A stretch of 64,000 bases of DNA from an uncultured Pelagibacteraceae bacterium (GTDB lineage: Bacteria > Pseudomonadota > Alphaproteobacteria > Pelagibacterales > Pelagibacteraceae). A program made the translations under genes and the position numbers. Shown in pieces: positions 1-10,479 of the stretch; the first letter of the stretch is position 1, and the number at the start of each line of letters is the position of its first letter. The notes under the pieces are model-generated. The model ran no database searches. It had not been told where the DNA came from and saw only the letters and a program-made list of their open reading frames with translations. Where the stretch lies: positions 16,941-80,940 of the forward strand of contig CACEVB010000002.1 of assembly GCA_902562875.1 (NCBI GenBank), in the 5' to 3' direction.

Positions 1-323
1 CCATAGTTTTGTTTGCTGCTTGAGGAGTTACCAGTAATAGAGGAGTATGGTTCCAATAAGCTGTTTTAATCGGAGTTACGAGTCCAGTTATTCCTGGACC
101 ATTTTGTGCAATGACCATCGATATTTTTTCCAGTTGATCTTGTATAGCCATCTGCAATTAATCCACCGTTAGTCTCATGAGCAACATCCCAAAAAGTAAT
201 ACCAGCTTTTGGAAATAAATCAGAAATTGGCATAAACGCAGATCCTATAATACCAAACGCGTGCTCAATTCCATGCATTTGGAGGACCTTGATGAAGGCT
301 TCTTCTGTTGTCATTTTAGTCAT
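1..323 (-). pseudogene. xsc: Sulfoacetaldehyde acetyltransferase (ThDP enzyme), 5' part, with a +1 frameshift; runs off the window start
   Basis: N-terminus MTTEEAFIKVLQMHGIEHAFGIIGSAFMPISDLFP...HETNGGLIADGYTR is Xsc-like. Removing one base from the T6 run at 124-129 restores ISMVIAQNGPGITGLVTPIKTAYWNHTPLLLVTPQAANKTM to the window edge. Could be a sequencing error. Confidence 0.85.
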
Positions 324-411
324 TATCTAATATCTTTTTTTAAAATTTAATTTTAATACAACGGGATTAATATATAAGATTACAGGAATTTCAAACAAAG
401 AAATCGTCACA

Positions 412-699
412 ATGACAGGCACAGATATTATAATTCATGACAAAAAAGACAATGTGGGAGTTGTCGTTATCGAAAAGATAAAGCCAAATCAGGAATGTAA
501 TTGTTGGATAATGGAAAATGACGATTCGACAAAAATTCAATCAAAAAATGAAATACCTTTAGGTCATAAAATTGCAATGACAGATCTTAGTGAGGGAGAC
601 ACAATAATAAAATATGGTCATGATATTGGAAAAGTTGTTAAATCTATAAAAAAAGGTGAACACGTTCATGTTCATAATGTAAAAACAAAAAAGTGGTAA
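412..699 (+). CDS. suyA: (2R)-sulfolactate sulfo-lyase small subunit (SAF/UxaA N-terminal domain)
   Basis: [37 protein letters not shown] motifs; directly upstream of suyB. Confidence 0.85.
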   Translation: MTGTDIIIHDKKDNVGVVVIEKIKPNQECNCWIMENDDSTKIQSKNEIPLGHKIAMTDLSEGDTIIKYGHDIGKVVKSIKKGEHVHVHNVKTKKW

Positions 700-700
700 G

Positions 701-1867
701 ATGGAAATTCCAAATAGTTTTTTAGGTTACAAAAGAGAAAACGGTAGAGCTGGTACAAGAAACCATGTAATTATTTTACCAGTAGATGATATATCTAATG
801 CATGTGCAGAAGCAGTTGCTAATAATATTAAAGGAACTATTGCTTTACCACATTCATATGGAAGACTACAATTTGGAGCTGATTTGGAATTGCATTTTAG
901 AACAATGATTGGCACTGGAAAAAATCCTAATGTTGCAGCAGTTATTGTGATAGGTATAGAACCTAAATGGACAAAAAGAATTGTAGACGCTATTTCTAAA
1001 ACTGGAAAACCAGTTGAAGGTTTTAGTATCGAAGGAGTTGGTGACATAGATACTATTGCTAAAGTCTCAAAAAAAGCTCAAGAATTTTCAATGTGGGCAT
1101 CAGAAAAACAAAGAGAAGATTGTCCTATGAGTGATTTATGGATATCAGTAAAATGTGGTGAGTCTGATACTACATCAGGCCTTGCATCTAATCCAACGGT
1201 CGGGAATTTAATGGAAAAGTTAGAACCATTTGGTGTTCACTTATGTTTTGGAGAAACTTCAGAGTTAACAGGCGCTGAAACTGTTTGCGCCAAAAGAGGT
1301 AAAACAACTGAAGCAGAGCAAAAATTTATGAAAACCTGGAATAGCTATAATGATTTTATACTCAAAGAGGCAACAAACGATTTATCTGAAAGCCAACCTA
1401 CCGCTGGAAATATAGCCGGAGGACTTACAACAATTGAAGAGAAGGCTTTTGGTAATTTTCAGAAAATTGGCAATTTGAAATTTATTGATGTTTTAGAACC
1501 CGCTGAAGAACCAACTAAAGGCAAAGGTTTATATTTTATGGATACATCATCAGCTGCCGCAGAATGCGTAACTTTACAAGCAGCTGGAGGATTTAATATT
1601 CATTTATTTCCAACAGGACAAGGTAATATAATCGGTAATCCAATTGAACCGGTAATCAAACTTACAGCTAATCCATTAACTGCAAAAACAATGAGTGAAC
1701 ATATAGATGTTGATGTATCAAAAATATTATCAAGAAAAATGAATTTAGATCAAGCTGGAGATGAATTAATTAAAGCGACTATTAAAGTTGCAAATGGAAG
1801 ATTAACTTGTGCTGAGGCTTTAGGTCACAAAGAATTTGTTATGACAAAACTTTACAGAAGTGCTTAA
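701..1867 (+). CDS. suyB: (2R)-sulfolactate sulfo-lyase large subunit (UxaA family)
   Basis: [45 protein letters not shown]-terminal MTKLYRSA typical of SuyB; sulfonate context. Confidence 0.88.
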   Translation: MEIPNSFLGYKRENGRAGTRNHVIILPVDDISNACAEAVANNIKGTIALPHSYGRLQFGADLELHFRTMIGTGKNPNVAAVIVIGIEPKWTKRIVDAISKTGKPVEGFSIEGVGDIDTIAKVSKKAQEFSMWASEKQREDCPMSDLWISVKCGESDTTSGLASNPTVGNLMEKLEPFGVHLCFGETSELTGAETVCAKRGKTTEAEQKFMKTWNSYNDFILKEATNDLSESQPTAGNIAGGLTTIEEKAFGNFQKIGNLKFIDVLEPAEEPTKGKGLYFMDTSSAAAECVTLQAAGGFNIHLFPTGQGNIIGNPIEPVIKLTANPLTAKTMSEHIDVDVSKILSRKMNLDQAGDELIKATIKVANGRLTCAEALGHKEFVMTKLYRSA

Positions 1868-2940
1868 GACTGTTCTGCTCTCTTTTTAATTTTTGAAAAA
1901 AAATGTCTTACCATAGCCGCACCAACTCCTAAGCCAAGAGCTAGAATAATTGACGCTAATCCATAACTTATAGGTTGATCTGTTTGAAAATCTTTAACAA
2001 ATTGTGATAACCAATTCAATTTTTCTGGTGCAGATTTAGTCAATTGATTTATTGAGTCATCAGAAAAAAAGGTGTCATATGCAATCGCAATTCCTACTAG
2101 CATTAAAAGTATTGCTAAAATTGCTTTAAATTCTGAACTGTCAACTCTTTCACTTATCTTTTGACCGAACTGAACACCTAAAATTGAACCTAAAATTAAA
2201 ACTGTTACTAAAATTAAATCTATAGAACCGTAATTGAATGCATGAAGAACTGTAACGATTGCGCTTATAAAAATTGTGACAAAAAGGGATGTTCCTGGAA
2301 TTAAATGTGTTGGCATCCCAATTATATAAATCATTGCAGGTACCAAAATAAAAGCACCCCCTATACCCATTATTGCTGCTATAAAACCAACAATAAGACC
2401 CATTAATATAGGTGTAAATACACTCTCATATAATTTTGACTTTTTAAATCTCATTCTTAACGGAAGACCATGTATCCAATAGTGAGCGTGTAGCTTTTTT
2501 CTAACTATAACTTTTCTTCTAGCTCTATCTATTTCTGTGACACCCTGAACAAGCATCAATGTTCCAATTATTGCAAGTATGTACATGTAAGCTAAAGAGA
2601 TAACTATATTTATTTTGCCAATATCTTTAAAATATGTAAATGTAATTATACCAAGTATTGTTCCAGCTGCTCCACCAATCACAATCATAAAACCCATTTT
2701 ATAATCTAAGGTTCCTTTTAAATAATGAGTTGTTGATCCAGATATAGATGTACCTAAAATATTATTTGCCTCGTTAGGAACTGCGTATGCAGGAGGTATG
2801 CCTAGAAAAATTAAAAAAGGTGTCATCAAAAAACCTCCTCCAACACCAAATAGGCCAGATAAAATTCCAACTATAAAACTTAAAAAAAATATAAATGGAA
2901 GACTTACATAAACTTCTGCTATTGGAAGATAGAAATCCAT
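1864..2940 (-). CDS. TauE/SafE-family sulfite exporter
   Basis: Two GxGGGF/GIGGAF repeats in a polytopic membrane protein; [11 protein letters not shown]-terminus. Confidence 0.85.
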   Translation of the reverse strand: MDFYLPIAEVYVSLPFIFFLSFIVGILSGLFGVGGGFLMTPFLIFLGIPPAYAVPNEANNILGTSISGSTTHYLKGTLDYKMGFMIVIGGAAGTILGIITFTYFKDIGKINIVISLAYMYILAIIGTLMLVQGVTEIDRARRKVIVRKKLHAHYWIHGLPLRMRFKKSKLYESVFTPILMGLIVGFIAAIMGIGGAFILVPAMIYIIGMPTHLIPGTSLFVTIFISAIVTVLHAFNYGSIDLILVTVLILGSILGVQFGQKISERVDSSEFKAILAILLMLVGIAIAYDTFFSDDSINQLTKSAPEKLNWLSQFVKDFQTDQPISYGLASIILALGLGVGAAMVRHFFSKIKKRAEQS

Positions 2941-2991
2941 ATGAAATAGTTATTCCTCTACAGAATCAAAGTCAATAAAATGATTTAGATT

Positions 2992-3138
2992 TTAAATTCC
3001 TATAAATGTTCCAAAAAGCATGACACTCCAATATGCGGCTAATCCGAAATAAACAAGAAATTTTGAATTTATAAACGAGAAAATATTTGGAAATTGTTTG
3101 ATAAATAAGCTTATATTTTTTTTAAACCTTTCAAACAT
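2992..3138 (-). CDS. 48-aa putative single-TM microprotein (MFERFKKNISLFIKQFPNIFSFINSKFLVYFGLAAYWSVMLFGTFIGI)
   Basis: Manually translated ATG..TAA; fills the gap between two co-oriented genes; hydrophobic C-terminal helix; not in the ORF track. Confidence 0.5.
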   Translation of the reverse strand: MFERFKKNISLFIKQFPNIFSFINSKFLVYFGLAAYWSVMLFGTFIGI

Positions 3139-3189
3139 GCTCGTTCACTATACCCTGATTCGAAACTTGGCAAGTAAATATTTTTAAAT

Positions 3190-3540
3190 TTAAAAAATAG
3201 TTGCACCGAAAACTTTCACTTCTCCACCCTCTTCTCCAAGTACAATTCTACCGAGAAACTCTCCGGGAACTTTTGAACTGGTCTGTCTGTATAGGACTGT
3301 TATGTAGTCCCCCCTTCTTAGACATCCAAATGCCTTACACCCTTCATTAAGATTTGATATCAACTCATTATTAGCCCACTGTTTACCAAGCTCAACTTCG
3401 TTTGCTCCATAAAGCATTTGTGATGAAAAATCTCTTGTGAAACCTCCATAATCCTTAATATTTGAACATTTTACTAGGTTGGTCCACATAGGGTTGGCAA
3501 TTTTGATGATCTCATCATCAGAGTTATCGAGTAAACTCAT
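3190..3540 (-). CDS. Hypothetical protein, possibly NTF2/SnoaL-like fold, co-oriented downstream of aprA
   Basis: 116-aa ORF starting 10 nt after the aprA stop; helix-then-strand pattern. Confidence 0.75.
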   Translation of the reverse strand: MSLLDNSDDEIIKIANPMWTNLVKCSNIKDYGGFTRDFSSQMLYGANEVELGKQWANNELISNLNEGCKAFGCLRRGDYITVLYRQTSSKVPGEFLGRIVLGEEGGEVKVFGATIF

Positions 3541-3550
3541 AAATTTAAAT

Positions 3551-5407
3551 TTAAGATGCTTGCTTTTTTTCTTTTTCGTCGATTATATGATAGACAGGCT
3601 TCTTTTCGAACTCAAATTTGCCTGTTTCTTGGTCTCTTTTTGAAACAGTCAAGCAATGCCAATTTTCATCATCTAATTTCATATGATCACCTCTATAATA
3701 ATAGCCAGGCCATCTAGTCTCTTTTCTATATAATGTATGCTCTGTGACACACTGAGATGTAATTGCTCTATGTTTTAACTCCCAAGCTCTCATAAGTTGG
3801 TGGTAATCCTCAGCAGCCACATGTTCCAAATCTTCTTGAAGCCAATCAAGTAGTTCAAGACCTTTTTTAAGTAAATTCTCATTAGTCATATAATTATTTG
3901 ATAAACCTCCACAGTATTCGTCCATTATTTTCTGTAATCTTTGTAAACCTTGTATTGGAGAAATATAGCTCGGAGAAACAGTTCCACCTGTAATCTCATT
4001 TCTACCTACTGTGTAATTTTCTAATGGTTTATAGATAATTTCCTTAAGATTATCGTACTGTTTTTCAGAAATATCAATTCCATTAGCTTTTTTGTCCTGG
4101 ATATATTTCACTGCAGCCTTTGCAGCTAACCTACCTTCAGTAAAAGATCCTGAGGAAAATTTATGTGCACTACCTCCTACGGTATCACCTGCTCCAAATA
4201 GACCATCAACTGTAGTCATTCTATTATATCCCCAAAAATATTCGTCAGGAGCAATATCCTCTGGACCACTAACCCAAGCTCCAGAGCAAGTAGCATGTGA
4301 ACCCATGACATATGGTTCAGATGTTGTTAGCTCGGGATTCGTATATTTAGGATCAATATTCTGCGAGGCCCAAACAACTGCTTGTCCTACCGTCATTCCT
4401 AAGAAATTTTCCCATCCTACTGTTTCTAAATGAGGATCTTGGAATGCTTCCTTAGTAACCATATGAATAGGTCCACCTCCAGCAGCCATCTCCTGAATAA
4501 ATGCATGATTTCTTAGACAAGTAGGTGTTGGGTGATGATCTATATATTCCCCTACTAGACCTTTCGTTTGATCGTACCATTTCTTCTCGTAGTTCTCACC
4601 ATTTGCATTTTGTGTGTAAGTTTTTAAATGTAAAAAATATGCACCAACTGGTCCATATCCATCTTTGAATCTACAAAGAACAATTCTATTTTCCATTTGA
4701 GTCATTTTAGCACCAACTGCTATTGGTAACGCATAAGCTGACCCATTACTCCATGGCGCATACCATGTTCTGCCCATTCCTTCTCCAACTGCTCTTGGTT
4801 TAAATATGTGTGAAGCACCTCCCGCACAAATTATAACTGCTTTTGCTCTAAAAACATGGTAATCACCTGTTCTCATATTGAAACCGACTGCACCACCAAT
4901 TCTGTTTTCTTTACTTTCATCTTTTAAAAGATGAGTAATCATAATTCTGTTATAGACTTTATCAGCTGATTTTTTTGCTGCCTCAGCAACAATTGGTTTA
5001 TAACTTTCTCCGTGAATCATAATTTGCCATTTTCCCTCACGTTGATATCTTCCATCTTTATTTTTCATCATTGGAAGACCCCATTCGTCAAACATATGCA
5101 CTGTTGAATCAACATGTCTTGCCATGTCATAACCTAAATCTTCTCTTACAAGACCCATTAGATCATTTCTTGCATATCTTACATGATCCTCGGGTTGATT
5201 TTCATTCCACTGCATACCCATATAGCAATTAATTGCATATAAACCTTGGGCAACAGCACCACTTCTGTCTATGTTCGCTTTTTCTACACAGACTATTTTT
5301 AAGTCTCTTCCCCAGTGTCTGGCTTCAAATGTTGCACCTGTACCTGCCATACCGCCGCCGACTACTAAAATATCACAATCTTCGAAAATAGTTTTGTGTT
5401 TTGCCAT
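3551..5407 (-). CDS. aprA: Adenylylsulfate reductase alpha subunit
   Basis: GGGMAGTG FAD motif, RSGAVAQGLYAINCY, WQIMIHGESYKPIVAEAAK, ETRWPGYYYR. Confidence 0.97.
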   Translation of the reverse strand: MAKHKTIFEDCDILVVGGGMAGTGATFEARHWGRDLKIVCVEKANIDRSGAVAQGLYAINCYMGMQWNENQPEDHVRYARNDLMGLVREDLGYDMARHVDSTVHMFDEWGLPMMKNKDGRYQREGKWQIMIHGESYKPIVAEAAKKSADKVYNRIMITHLLKDESKENRIGGAVGFNMRTGDYHVFRAKAVIICAGGASHIFKPRAVGEGMGRTWYAPWSNGSAYALPIAVGAKMTQMENRIVLCRFKDGYGPVGAYFLHLKTYTQNANGENYEKKWYDQTKGLVGEYIDHHPTPTCLRNHAFIQEMAAGGGPIHMVTKEAFQDPHLETVGWENFLGMTVGQAVVWASQNIDPKYTNPELTTSEPYVMGSHATCSGAWVSGPEDIAPDEYFWGYNRMTTVDGLFGAGDTVGGSAHKFSSGSFTEGRLAAKAAVKYIQDKKANGIDISEKQYDNLKEIIYKPLENYTVGRNEITGGTVSPSYISPIQGLQRLQKIMDEYCGGLSNNYMTNENLLKKGLELLDWLQEDLEHVAAEDYHQLMRAWELKHRAITSQCVTEHTLYRKETRWPGYYYRGDHMKLDDENWHCLTVSKRDQETGKFEFEKKPVYHIIDEKEKKQAS

Positions 5408-5877
5408 TAATAATAAACTCCCTTTTTGAAAGTTTCTTTATTAATAGTTGGTAGGTCTTTATTAGTATTTAAACCATTCGGCTCGTTATAAAGAATTTGA
5501 GACTGCATTTCACCTTGGTTTGGGGTATCCCCTTCAGATAATTTTGGTATATGTTTCCCCCATGGTTTAGTAGTAATAGGTGAAACGAAATTTTTTTCAG
5601 TTCCATTTCTAAATTTAATTCTCCAAGAAATTTTTCCCTTTTCTTCTTCTCTTCGAACTCTAACACTGTGACCCATTGGGGCAAAGTCAGCGTAACCTCT
5701 TACATCAATTGCGTGATTAGGGCATGCTTTAACACAAGAATAGCATTCCCAGCAAAAATTAGGTTCAATGTTCTTTGCTCGTCTAATGTTTTCATCTATG
5801 TGCATTATATCTGATGGACAAATATCTACGCAGTGCCCGCATCCATCGCATCTAGTCATGTATACAAAAGTTGACAT
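5407..5877 (-). CDS. aprB: Adenylylsulfate reductase beta subunit
   Basis: CDGCGHCVDICP and CWECYSCVKACP 4Fe-4S motifs, VRGYADF. Confidence 0.97.
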   Translation of the reverse strand: MSTFVYMTRCDGCGHCVDICPSDIMHIDENIRRAKNIEPNFCWECYSCVKACPNHAIDVRGYADFAPMGHSVRVRREEEKGKISWRIKFRNGTEKNFVSPITTKPWGKHIPKLSEGDTPNQGEMQSQILYNEPNGLNTNKDLPTINKETFKKGVYY

Positions 5878-5909
5878 AATTTTATAAATTCTCCTTTTTT
5901 AATAACATA

Positions 5910-6710
5910 TTAATAGTGTTTTGGCTCTTCTCTTTTTATACCTAGGCCAAATTGCTCTGGACCATCAGCTTCAGGGGGCAAATTATCTCTTGATCCATCA
6001 GCCTCAGCAAGATTTTTTTGGATTGCAGCACCAGGTTTATAAAACATATGGGCAAATTTTGACCAATAAACTCCCCCGAAAAGAATCAAATTCGCAACAA
6101 TATAAAAAACTAAAAATACTTTGTCGTCCCATCTGTCTCCAAGATTCATGTTTTGCAAGTAAGACCATATTAAACCAAACAAAGATGTTGCTATTAATGC
6201 CAGAACAAATAAATCAGCCTTAATTATCCTATACCACGGCTGAGCTTCTGAATAAACATCTACTCTTAAAAAAAACCAAAACCAACAACCTCCAATAACT
6301 GTTAGTAAAGCACCAGCATGCCAAAGGATCGGCCAAATATTAGGAGTAGATGATGATGGATTTGTGTACATGAAGACCATAACCACTGTAGAAATCCAAA
6401 ATAAAATCGTTCCATACATTCCCATCACATGAGCTGCTCTTCTTTTGCCCGCTCCTAGCTCGGATGTAGTGGCAATATCACTTACAACAGTTTTAGATAA
6501 AACTTTTATTCTTTCACTTGTGGATAAGACTTTAGTTGCATTTTTTTTTGCTTTTTTTGCATTATCAAAAAAGTATTTAACATTTTTTTTATGAATCATA
6601 TCCATTACTGTTCCAACAACAATTAATGCAATCATCAAAATGACAAATAATTGCATAAATATAGGTGAAAAACTTTCAGTAAGCAAAAAAAAAGGATTTG
6701 TAGTAAACAT
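5910..6710 (-). CDS. aprM: APS reductase membrane anchor
   Basis: Multi-TM protein, WSKFAHMFYKPGAA motif, directly upstream of aprB. Confidence 0.88.
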   Translation of the reverse strand: MFTTNPFFLLTESFSPIFMQLFVILMIALIVVGTVMDMIHKKNVKYFFDNAKKAKKNATKVLSTSERIKVLSKTVVSDIATTSELGAGKRRAAHVMGMYGTILFWISTVVMVFMYTNPSSSTPNIWPILWHAGALLTVIGGCWFWFFLRVDVYSEAQPWYRIIKADLFVLALIATSLFGLIWSYLQNMNLGDRWDDKVFLVFYIVANLILFGGVYWSKFAHMFYKPGAAIQKNLAEADGSRDNLPPEADGPEQFGLGIKREEPKHY

Positions 6711-6770
6711 TATTTATGATCTCCGCAATTTATAACTATTCTAAATTTTTAATCTAGTTAAATTAATAGA

Positions 6771-7541
6771 TCAACCGTAATATATTGGACACTTAGTAAC
6801 AGCTTTTTCGTAATAATCATTAAGAATTTTGTAGTATTTTAGGCTTTTTCTTCTCCAATTGATACTTTGAATGCTGCTTACAGAAATCACTCCTTTACCT
6901 GAACCAAGCAATATTATTTCATCGTACTCATTTAGATTCTTTAAATGGATGTTCGTATAATTTAAAACAAATTTTTGACCAATAAATTTAATTGTAATTC
7001 CTTTATAAAAATTTTTCTTTGGAGAAAACAATCTATTCTTTTTCACAAAAACAAGATTAGCTGTTGCAGTTTCGTAAATTAGTTTGTTAAAACATAAAGC
7101 TAAGTCAAAGGATTTTAAATCAATATTTTTCATTTTTTTTAAGATAAATTTATACTTGAGGTTTTTATACTCAGGATTATATCTTTTATAATTCAATAAT
7201 TTTAATTTAAAATTTTTACTCGGCGTAATTCTATTCCTAATAGAGATTGAAATTAAATTTTTATTAATGGCTAGTCGTAATAAATGATTATAATTTTTAT
7301 TCTTTTTTAAATTAATTCTTAAAATTTTATCTAGTTTAAATTTTAAGTTTCTTTTGAAAATTTTATAACTTTTTGTAGAGCTAATTAGATTGGTTAAATG
7401 ATTTTGTAGAAAAACTATTTTTAATGGTTTGCCAATTAAACGTATAGTAGTAAAGACACCATGTTTACCCCATAAGTCTTTAAACGGAACTTCATTTAAA
7501 GTATTAATTTGATAAGATTTTTTTAATAATAAAGTCGCCAT
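6771..7541 (-). CDS. pabC: Aminotransferase class IV, probable aminodeoxychorismate lyase
   Basis: GVFTTIR, YKNLKY, YETATANL, KGIT motifs; operon with pabA/pabB. Confidence 0.7.
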   Translation of the reverse strand: MATLLLKKSYQINTLNEVPFKDLWGKHGVFTTIRLIGKPLKIVFLQNHLTNLISSTKSYKIFKRNLKFKLDKILRINLKKNKNYNHLLRLAINKNLISISIRNRITPSKNFKLKLLNYKRYNPEYKNLKYKFILKKMKNIDLKSFDLALCFNKLIYETATANLVFVKKNRLFSPKKNFYKGITIKFIGQKFVLNYTNIHLKNLNEYDEIILLGSGKGVISVSSIQSINWRRKSLKYYKILNDYYEKAVTKCPIYYG

Positions 7542-8061
7542 TTTCTGTTAAGAAAGATTCCGGATGAAATTGAAAACCGAAAATTTTATTTTTTGTATCC
7601 TCAAAAGCCATAGGTATATTTGTATTACTACAACGCATCGTTATATTCAAATAGTCTGAATAAAAAGGTTCGTATAATTTTAAAGAGTGATACCTTCCAA
7701 CTTTAAAAGTTTTATTTTTCTTAAATATTTTACTTTTATTAGTAACTTTTACTTTTGATTGAAATCCATGATATATGTTTTTTTGTTGAATAATTCTTCC
7801 ATTTTCATTGTAAAGTATTTGCTGGTAACCTAAGCAAATACCAATGATTTTTTTTTTACCTTTAAAGTTTTTATAAATTTTTGATGTTTGAGGATAATCT
7901 TTTGGTGCACCAGGACCGGGTGATAATACAATTGTACTAGAGTTGTTTAAAATTTTATAATTTATATCAAAGTAATTTGAACAATGAACTTTATCAAACT
8001 TCCTAAATTGATGAACAACGTTCCACGTAAAAGAGTCTTGATGGTCGATAATATATATCAT
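7504..8061 (-). CDS. pabA: Aminodeoxychorismate synthase glutamine amidotransferase subunit
   Basis: DHQDSFTWN, SPGPG, GICLGYQ, RYHSL, QFHPES. Confidence 0.88.
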   Translation of the reverse strand: MIYIIDHQDSFTWNVVHQFRKFDKVHCSNYFDINYKILNNSSTIVLSPGPGAPKDYPQTSKIYKNFKGKKKIIGICLGYQQILYNENGRIIQQKNIYHGFQSKVKVTNKSKIFKKNKTFKVGRYHSLKLYEPFYSDYLNITMRCSNTNIPMAFEDTKNKIFGFQFHPESFLTENGDFIIKKILSN

Positions 8062-9272
8062 TTATATAGCTCTAATAAAGATTTTGCTTTTATATAATTT
8101 TCATTAAATTCTTTTTTAGCTGTACTATCCAAAACTACCCCAGAAGCTGCTGATATCTCTGAAAAGCTTTTAAAGTTTAAAATTGACCTTATAATAATAT
8201 TAAATCTCATATCTTTATTGTATTTTATAAAGCCAAAGCTTCCTGTATAAATATTTCTATCTTCATTTTCTTGATTATTTAAGAGCTCTAAAGTCCTAAT
8301 TTTCGGGCATCCAATAACAGATCCTCCTGGCATCATCGATTTAATTATTTCTTGTAAATCTATTTTTTTAATTAAGGATCCCTTTATTAGCGTAACATAG
8401 TGGTAAAGATGTTTATACTCCTCAACAAACTTTTTTTTATATATTTTTACACTGCCTGGTTTACAAATTTTAGATAGGTCACTCCTCTCCATATCTACAA
8501 TCATATTATGCTCTTTTGTCTCTTTAATGTTGTTTTTAAAAAATTTTAAAGCTTTATACTTATTTAGGCCATTTGACTTCTTAAGAGTTCCAGCGATTGG
8601 TTTTGTAAAAATGTTTGATCCTCTCTTATCAATTAATGTTTCTGGAGAACAACTTACTATTGAATAGTCTTTATCTTTAATCATAAATGCTTCAGGAGAA
8701 GAATTGACTTTCATCAACTTCCAGAAAAAATTAATAGGGTTTATTTTAGATCTATTTCTATATTTGGTGCAGATCTTAATCTGGTAAGTTTCTCCCTCTC
8801 TTATTTTTTTTGAAAAATATTTAAATATTCTCTGATACTTAGGAAATTTTATATTCATTTTAAAAGGACTCGATACTTGAGTTTTTTGAAAGCTAGTTTT
8901 TAATTGCTTATCCTTGTGTTTAGAGATTATTTTAATATTTTCCCTAATTTTAATAATCGTTTCTGGTTTATAAAATATTCCCTTATAAAACTTACTTTTT
9001 TTTTGATTTGAGGTTTTAAGACCTATCAAATTACACAATAATTCGTAACCAAAAAAACCAATCATCATATCAGTTTCGTGTTTAAATTGTTTTTTATTAA
9101 AAATTTTAAAAAATTTTTTTATATTTTTATTTGTTAAAATAGTTTTCTTAGAAAAGTGAGTATAAATATTATAACCTTCATTAACCTTATAAATTATTAA
9201 AGGCTCATCTGATTGATAAAGCTTTTCTAAATATGGGTTAAACCTAAATTTATGCTTTTTGTAATCTTTCAA
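8058..9272 (-). CDS. pabB: Aminodeoxychorismate synthase component I
   Basis: SPETL, KPIAGT, EHNMIVDMERSDL, PGGSVIGCPK. Confidence 0.85.
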   Translation of the reverse strand: MKDYKKHKFRFNPYLEKLYQSDEPLIIYKVNEGYNIYTHFSKKTILTNKNIKKFFKIFNKKQFKHETDMMIGFFGYELLCNLIGLKTSNQKKSKFYKGIFYKPETIIKIRENIKIISKHKDKQLKTSFQKTQVSSPFKMNIKFPKYQRIFKYFSKKIREGETYQIKICTKYRNRSKINPINFFWKLMKVNSSPEAFMIKDKDYSIVSCSPETLIDKRGSNIFTKPIAGTLKKSNGLNKYKALKFFKNNIKETKEHNMIVDMERSDLSKICKPGSVKIYKKKFVEEYKHLYHYVTLIKGSLIKKIDLQEIIKSMMPGGSVIGCPKIRTLELLNNQENEDRNIYTGSFGFIKYNKDMRFNIIIRSILNFKSFSEISAASGVVLDSTAKKEFNENYIKAKSLLELYK

Positions 9273-10479
9273 CTGCTTTTTCTTTAATTGGTAAGTGTAT
9301 TAAACCTGCAAATACAGATAATGCAATTGCTAAATACCACGCATAGTCATAAGAGCCATATATATCATAGAATAATCCTCCAAGATATGCTCCAAAGAAA
9401 GAACCAATTTGATGACTTAAAAAAACTAATCCATAGAGTAATCCTAGATACCTTGTTCCAAATATATGGGCTACAATTCCACTGGTTGCAGGCACTGTTG
9501 AAAGCCATAAAAGTCCAAAACTTGCCCCAAAAATTATAGATGATATGTTGCTAGGTGGTAAAAAAATAAATGCAATTATTGAAATACCTCTTAAAAAATA
9601 AATAACACTTAAAATAATTTTCTTACTCATTTTAGATGATAAATAACCACTTAGCAGGGAGCCAAAAATATTAAATAAACCGATCAAAGATAAAATCATC
9701 GCTGCTGTCCAATCACCTAGTCCTCTATCAATTACATATTTGGGCACATGAGTCCCAACTAATGTAATGTGAAATCCACAAACAAAAAAACCTGATATTA
9801 ATAGTAAATAACTTTTATTGTTAAATGCTTCGCATAATGCCTGAAATGTAGTTTGTTTTAAGTTTGACTTTGAGTTAATTGAAATATCATTTTCATTAGG
9901 AGATCTCACAAAATAAGCGATAAAAAAACCAATACTTAAGAATATCATAAAATACAATAGTGTATTAACCCAACCGTTATTATCTAATGAATAGTTAGTA
10001 AATAATGGTGAAATAAAATACCCAAATGATCCCGTCGCCGTAACTAGGCTCATTGCTATAGTTCTATTAGATAGAGGAAAATGTTTTCCAACTATTGACA
10101 TTGGAATACTTATTGCTGTACCACCGCAACCTATACCAATTAATACGCCCAAACTTATTTGAAAGTATAGACCTGTATTTGGACCTGCATATAGAAAATA
10201 TACCCCAAGTATGTAAAATAAAAAGGCAAGCATTATTGCTTTGTGTCCTCCATATTTATCTGCAATTGCTCCAAAAATTGGACCTGATAAACCCCATCCA
10301 AGCATTTGAATTCCTATTGCTAAACCAAATTCGGTATTTGAAATACCAAGATCAACATTAAAATCCATAAAAAACATTCCAAATACCTGTCTTACACTTA
10401 GAGATATAAGCACAACAAGGCAGGCTGCTATCAAGGTTGTTAAGGCTAATTTATTTGTTATAAATTTATCAGTTGTCAT
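9250..10479 (-). CDS. MFS transporter
   Basis: Approximately 12 TM helices, GAIADKYG motif A, GFFVCGFH. Confidence 0.9.
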   Translation of the reverse strand: MTTDKFITNKLALTTLIAACLVVLISLSVRQVFGMFFMDFNVDLGISNTEFGLAIGIQMLGWGLSGPIFGAIADKYGGHKAIMLAFLFYILGVYFLYAGPNTGLYFQISLGVLIGIGCGGTAISIPMSIVGKHFPLSNRTIAMSLVTATGSFGYFISPLFTNYSLDNNGWVNTLLYFMIFLSIGFFIAYFVRSPNENDISINSKSNLKQTTFQALCEAFNNKSYLLLISGFFVCGFHITLVGTHVPKYVIDRGLGDWTAAMILSLIGLFNIFGSLLSGYLSSKMSKKIILSVIYFLRGISIIAFIFLPPSNISSIIFGASFGLLWLSTVPATSGIVAHIFGTRYLGLLYGLVFLSHQIGSFFGAYLGGLFYDIYGSYDYAWYLAIALSVFAGLIHLPIKEKAVERLQKA

